A stretch of DNA of 64,000 bases, taken from positions 32,001 through 96,000 of the forward strand of contig JANNXA010000024.1 in assembly GCA_031409275.1 (NCBI GenBank), written 5' to 3'. The notes beneath the pieces are model-generated. The model was not told where the DNA came from. It worked only from the letters and a program-made list of their open reading frames with translations, and searched no databases. The DNA is from Planctomycetota bacterium. GTDB lineage: Bacteria; Planctomycetota; B15-G4; SIAN01. Made by a program: the position numbers and the translations under genes. Shown piece by piece: positions 60,179 to 64,000 of the stretch. Within the stretch, counting starts at the first letter, position 1, and each line of letters opens with the position of its first letter.

Positions 60179-61468
60179 CTACAAGTCGGCGCGCGCCGCG
60201 AAGAGATGCTCGGCATCGAGGCGCGGCGCGTTGTGCAGGAGCGTGGTCAGCCGCCGCTGCGGCTGCGTCGCGAACTTCGAGTCGCCGTCGACCGTGATCA
60301 CGACCAGGGCATCGAGGTCGACGAGGCGCGGATCGAGATGGACCGCGAGCCCCTTCGCGCCCTGCGCGCCGGTGATCTCGATGCGATCGCGCGCCACGAC
60401 CTCGGCCGTGATCGTCGCGCCGAACGGCACCTCGTCGCAGTGGAGCCAATAGAGGTCGCGCTTGGCGGGACGCGACGGCTGCCAGATCACCTTCTTCGGG
60501 CACGGCTCGCGCGCGAAGTTCATCGCCCACGCGACGCCCGGCCCCGGCCCCGCTTCAGGGAAGTCGTGTCCGCGCCCTTCGACGCGCTCCCATCGGTGGT
60601 GCCAGCCGGCGCCGTTGCACCCCTTCGCCAGCGCATCGAGCTCGGCCACCGCGAAGTCGTTCGGTGCCGGCGGCACGTTGGGGTCGTCGCCGCTCTGGTA
60701 GACCGAGATCGGGAGGTTGTAGAGGCACGGCAACACTCCCTCTTCGATGCCGATCACCTTGGTGCGCTCGGTCTTGGAGAAGTAGGGCGTCGGCGCGCCG
60801 GCGAACGCGGCGAGCCCGCCGAAGAGGTCGGCGTGGCGCGAGCCGAGCGTCCACGTCCCGAAGCCGCCCATCGAGTGGCCGGTGAGGTAGATGCGATTGG
60901 GGTCGATCGGATGGGTGCGTTTGGCGGCGGCGATCAGGTCGAAGACGAACGCCTCGGTGTCCGTTTCGGTCCACCCCTTCTCCGTCTTGTGCAGCACCTC
61001 GGGATAGATGACGACCGTGTTCTTCAACTTGCCGAGCGCCGCCCCGAAGCCGCTGACCGCGCCCTCCGCTTCACCTGACCCGGCACCGCCACCGTGCAGG
61101 CAGACGATCAGCTGCTTCGCCTTGCGATCGCCTTGCACGATGTACTTGCCGACCTTCTCCTTCTGGTCGATCCAGTAGTTGGTGCCGCCGCTCTCGAGCT
61201 TCTTCCCCTTCCGTGCCAGCTCGAGCAACGTCGGCGCCCACTTCTTCACATCGGCCGCGGTCAGGACGTCGATGGGTGCCAGCGTCGTCTCGATCTCGAG
61301 ACGGCGCGAAGCTGGCGCGGTGAACCACTCGGTGACCAGCTCCTTCTGCCGGGTCGGCGAGAGCTTGATCGGCGGCGCAACCTGCGCGCCCGCAATGGCG
61401 ACGACGGAAACCGCCAGACAGGCGCACCTGACGGCCGCGCCGAACGCGCGCTCGATGCCGTACCTCAT
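60179..61468 (-). CDS. Secreted alpha/beta hydrolase (esterase/peptidase-like)
   Basis: LHGGG, IDPNRIYLTGHSMGG, DDPNV, GHDF. Confidence 0.85.
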   Translation of the reverse strand: MRYGIERAFGAAVRCACLAVSVVAIAGAQVAPPIKLSPTRQKELVTEWFTAPASRRLEIETTLAPIDVLTAADVKKWAPTLLELARKGKKLESGGTNYWIDQKEKVGKYIVQGDRKAKQLIVCLHGGGAGSGEAEGAVSGFGAALGKLKNTVVIYPEVLHKTEKGWTETDTEAFVFDLIAAAKRTHPIDPNRIYLTGHSMGGFGTWTLGSRHADLFGGLAAFAGAPTPYFSKTERTKVIGIEEGVLPCLYNLPISVYQSGDDPNVPPAPNDFAVAELDALAKGCNGAGWHHRWERVEGRGHDFPEAGPGPGVAWAMNFAREPCPKKVIWQPSRPAKRDLYWLHCDEVPFGATITAEVVARDRIEITGAQGAKGLAVHLDPRLVDLDALVVITVDGDSKFATQPQRRLTTLLHNAPRLDAEHLFAARADL

Positions 61469-61523
61469 TTCACCCCCTTGCTGCACTTGAACCTCGGGCA
61501 GGGCGCCTCGATCATTCCCTGCC

Positions 61524-62882
61524 ATGCCCCATCACCGCAAGCTCGCCCGTGCCGTCGCCTGGCTTTGTTGGATTGCGCCGCTCGCCTGCGGCGAGTTGCA
61601 TGCGCAAGCGAAGCTCTCGCTTCCGCGCGCCAAGGTCGCGGAGATCGAGAAGCTCGCCGATGCGTGGTTCGCCGCGCGGCCGCCATCGCGGTTCGTCGAG
61701 TGGGATGGGCCGACGCGCGCCACTCTCGAAACGCAGGCGCGCGCCATCGGCGAGGTCGGCGAGGGCGATCTTGCGCCGCTCGTCGAGCTGCTGTGGAAAG
61801 CGGCGCGCAATCACGCGCCCGACTGGAAGAAGGGCGAGCTGCCGACGCCGTACGGTCCGGCGACCTACCTCGAGAAGGGCAAGGGCGGCCGCAAACAGGG
61901 CTTCGCACTGGCGCTGCACGGTGGCGGCGAAGGAGCCGGCGATGCCGCGGAAGCGGCCGGCAATTGGAACCCGCCGGGTTGCGTCATCGCGGCACCGCAG
62001 GGCATCCGCCTCGTGCACGACACCTGGAACACCGTGCATGGCGAGCGCTTCGCGCTCTCGCTGATCGAGTGGGCGAAGTGGCATCACGACGTCGACCCCG
62101 ATCGCGTCTACACCATGGGCTTCAGCATGGGCGGCACCGGCTCGTTCTTCCTCGCCGGCCGCCATCCCGACCTCTTCGCGGGCGCGATTCCTGCGCACGG
62201 TGTGCTGATGGCGGAACCGAAGAGCCAGGTCGCGACGAAGGAGGAGGTCGTGCAGGTGCAGCACGGGCTGCTGCCCAACCTCCGTAACCTCGCGATGTAC
62301 TGGTACACCGGAAGCGTCGACCAGAACTGCAAGCCCGGCACCTACCTCTTCGCGTGGGATCGCCTGCTCGAACTGAAAGCGGCCGATCCGGGCGGCTACG
62401 CGAAGCTCTCCTTCTACTGCCAGCCGAACCTCGCCCACTCCTTCCCGACGGGCGAGCCGCAGAAGGGTTTCGACGTCGTCCTGAAGGAGCGCCGCGACAC
62501 CTTCCCGACGAAAGTGGTTTGGGAGCACGCGAGCAGTCCCTTCCCGCAACCCGACGACGACGAGCCGTTGCCACGCTTCGTCCCGACCTGGCACTACTGG
62601 CTGCACTGCCTCGCGCCGCAGGATCGGATGCGCGTCGTCGCCGAGCGCCACGGCAACACGTTCGAAGTGAAGACGAGAGGCGTGGCCGCCGACCAACTCG
62701 AACTGCTGCTCCAGCCCGCGCTCTACGATCCGAAGCAGCCGCTGGTGGTGACCGTCGACGGGCGCAAGGTGGTCGACGGCGTCGTGCTGCCCGACTTCTG
62801 GACCGTGCTCGAGACGCTCGACGCACGCATGGACCGGACGCTCGTCTTCGACCGCCGCGTGCGCCTGTCGGCGTCGCGCTGA
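61524..62882 (+). CDS. Secreted alpha/beta hydrolase (paralog of the divergent gene)
   Basis: LHGGG, VDPDRVYTMGFSMGG, VDQNC, AHSF. Confidence 0.85.
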   Translation: MPHHRKLARAVAWLCWIAPLACGELHAQAKLSLPRAKVAEIEKLADAWFAARPPSRFVEWDGPTRATLETQARAIGEVGEGDLAPLVELLWKAARNHAPDWKKGELPTPYGPATYLEKGKGGRKQGFALALHGGGEGAGDAAEAAGNWNPPGCVIAAPQGIRLVHDTWNTVHGERFALSLIEWAKWHHDVDPDRVYTMGFSMGGTGSFFLAGRHPDLFAGAIPAHGVLMAEPKSQVATKEEVVQVQHGLLPNLRNLAMYWYTGSVDQNCKPGTYLFAWDRLLELKAADPGGYAKLSFYCQPNLAHSFPTGEPQKGFDVVLKERRDTFPTKVVWEHASSPFPQPDDDEPLPRFVPTWHYWLHCLAPQDRMRVVAERHGNTFEVKTRGVAADQLELLLQPALYDPKQPLVVTVDGRKVVDGVVLPDFWTVLETLDARMDRTLVFDRRVRLSASR

Positions 62883-63463
62883 GGCACGCTACTCACGATC
62901 CAGGCGAGCGCGCCCGCCAGCGCGCCGACGGCGTGGGCAAGCGGCACGCTCGCGAAACCGGCCGCCGCGTCGTCGACGAACCAGCGTGCATCGAAGGCAA
63001 GCTCGCCGACCAGCTTCGCCGCGAAGAGCACCAGCGCCAGCGCGACGAGGGCGCGTCCGACGCGATCCCGGCGGCTGCGCCACGTGCCAAGCAGCGCGAC
63101 CGTGAACCATGCCGAAGCGAGGCCGGAAGCGCCGCGGTAGGAGTGGAGCTCGGGCGCGAAGATCGCGATCGCCAGCGGGATCAGCGGGAGCGCCAACAGC
63201 GTCGCCAGCCGCAGCGCGCGCCGATCGACCCGTTCGGCCACGAGGCCGGTCAACAGCAACGCCAGTGCGTTCCACGCCGCATGCGCGACTCCGTAGTGGA
63301 CGAAGTGGCAGGTGAGCCGCGCGAGCGGCCGCGGGTCCCCGCGCGACCACTCGCCCCACTCGGCGCCGCCGGCGACCGCGCTGATCGCCGCCGCCAACAC
63401 CACCGCGACCAGCGCTGCTCCGGTGAGCCAGGGCTGCTCGCCGTCGCGTCGAGTTCGTTCCAT
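62723..63463 (-). CDS. Rhombosortase-like rhomboid protease
   Basis: LTCHFVH....HAAWN, YRGASG (catalytic Ser), PLAHAVG (catalytic His); multi-TM. Confidence 0.82.
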   Translation of the reverse strand: MERTRRDGEQPWLTGAALVAVVLAAAISAVAGGAEWGEWSRGDPRPLARLTCHFVHYGVAHAAWNALALLLTGLVAERVDRRALRLATLLALPLIPLAIAIFAPELHSYRGASGLASAWFTVALLGTWRSRRDRVGRALVALALVLFAAKLVGELAFDARWFVDDAAAGFASVPLAHAVGALAGALAWIVSSVPQRDADRRTRRSKTSVRSMRASSVSSTVQKSGSTTPSTTLRPSTVTTSGCFGS

Positions 63464-63570
63464 CGCGAAGTCCATGCTGGAGGTCCGTGCAGGAGATCTG
63501 GGTCGAAGGTCCGGGCACGACGCGGTCGATCCGGCCGGCGCCGCCGTGTGCGACGCCGGCCGCGACTCCC

Positions 63571-64000
63571 TCAGCGCGCGGCCGATTCGCGCCGCCGCGC
63601 GGGTCGAAGCGCCAGTGCCGCAAGCAGGCCGGCCAGCGTCACGACGCTCCAGTCCATCGCGCCGCCGCCCTTGCCGTTGTTGCCACCCGTCGACGGCGCC
63701 GTGGTCGGGAACGCCGGCTGCGCCTCATCGACGCGGTAGCTCTTCACCGGCTGCGCGGCGCGAACCTGCTGCGCCTGCTGTTCGTTCGCGACGCGATCGC
63801 GGTTGTTGCGCGCGATGCCGTGCCGCTCGAACGCGGCGTCCTCGGCGACGACCATCGAGGTCTCGTCGGTGACCAGCTGGCACAGCAGCCCGAGCTCACC
63901 GACGCGCTTCGCCGCCGCGGCGCCATCGACCGCACCGCGATCGCGCTGCAGCTCGACCTCCTCGATCTGGTTCATCGCCCACAGCCGTTCGAGTTCGGGG
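63571..64000 (-). CDS. C-terminal part of a VIT/VWA-type protein ending in a GlyGly-CTERM sorting signal (5' end outside the window)
   Basis: PELERLWAM..I...LVTDETSMVV, then GGNNGKGGGAMDW, a TM helix and RPARRR. Confidence 0.78.
   Translation of the reverse strand, partial: PELERLWAMNQIEEVELQRDRGAVDGAAAAKRVGELGLLCQLVTDETSMVVAEDAAFERHGIARNNRDRVANEQQAQQVRAAQPVKSYRVDEAQPAFPTTAPSTGGNNGKGGGAMDWSVVTLAGLLAALALRPARRRESAAR

Noticed and set aside
59414..60216. Similar peptides (PCR.AASFKPVLRR..STTHRG.GFEPPPRPDSK) in ORFs here and at 15843-17483
   Set aside because: They are translations of the two MITE B copies, not a protein family.

Overview
A GC-rich, densely coding bacterial window. The gene content points to a Planctomycetota/PVC genome (inference): a PVC-type CxxCH heme dehydrogenase, ECF sigma factors fused to carboxypeptidase-regulatory-like repeats, a Ser/Thr kinase-FGE fusion and FG-GAP proteins. 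About 50 CDSs can be supported. They include ggt, a sugar ABC transporter, a GHMP-kinase/pyrophosphorylase fusion, a serA-serB-aminotransferase operon, subtilisin and tricorn proteases, a membrane redox module, and a rhombosortase with its GlyGly-CTERM target. No rRNA, tRNA, CRISPR array or transposase was seen. Four observations stand out. (1) Four ~160-bp non-autonomous elements carry three different terminal-inverted-repeat types, one nested inside another, yet all share a covarying hairpin core with a RAGGA/GACGAA internal loop. (2) A decayed gene has an in-frame TGA in a W-L-[TGA]-L-C motif followed by a SECIS-like hairpin, suggesting a selenoprotein family. (3) An atypical tRNA-guanine transglycosylase is translationally coupled to an ArmA/Rmt-like 16S m7G1405 methyltransferase homolog. 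(4) A poly-Asp lipoprotein lies directly upstream of an HTTM (vitamin-K-dependent carboxylase-like) gene. Start codons were chosen by eye and family calls come from motif recognition, not database searches.
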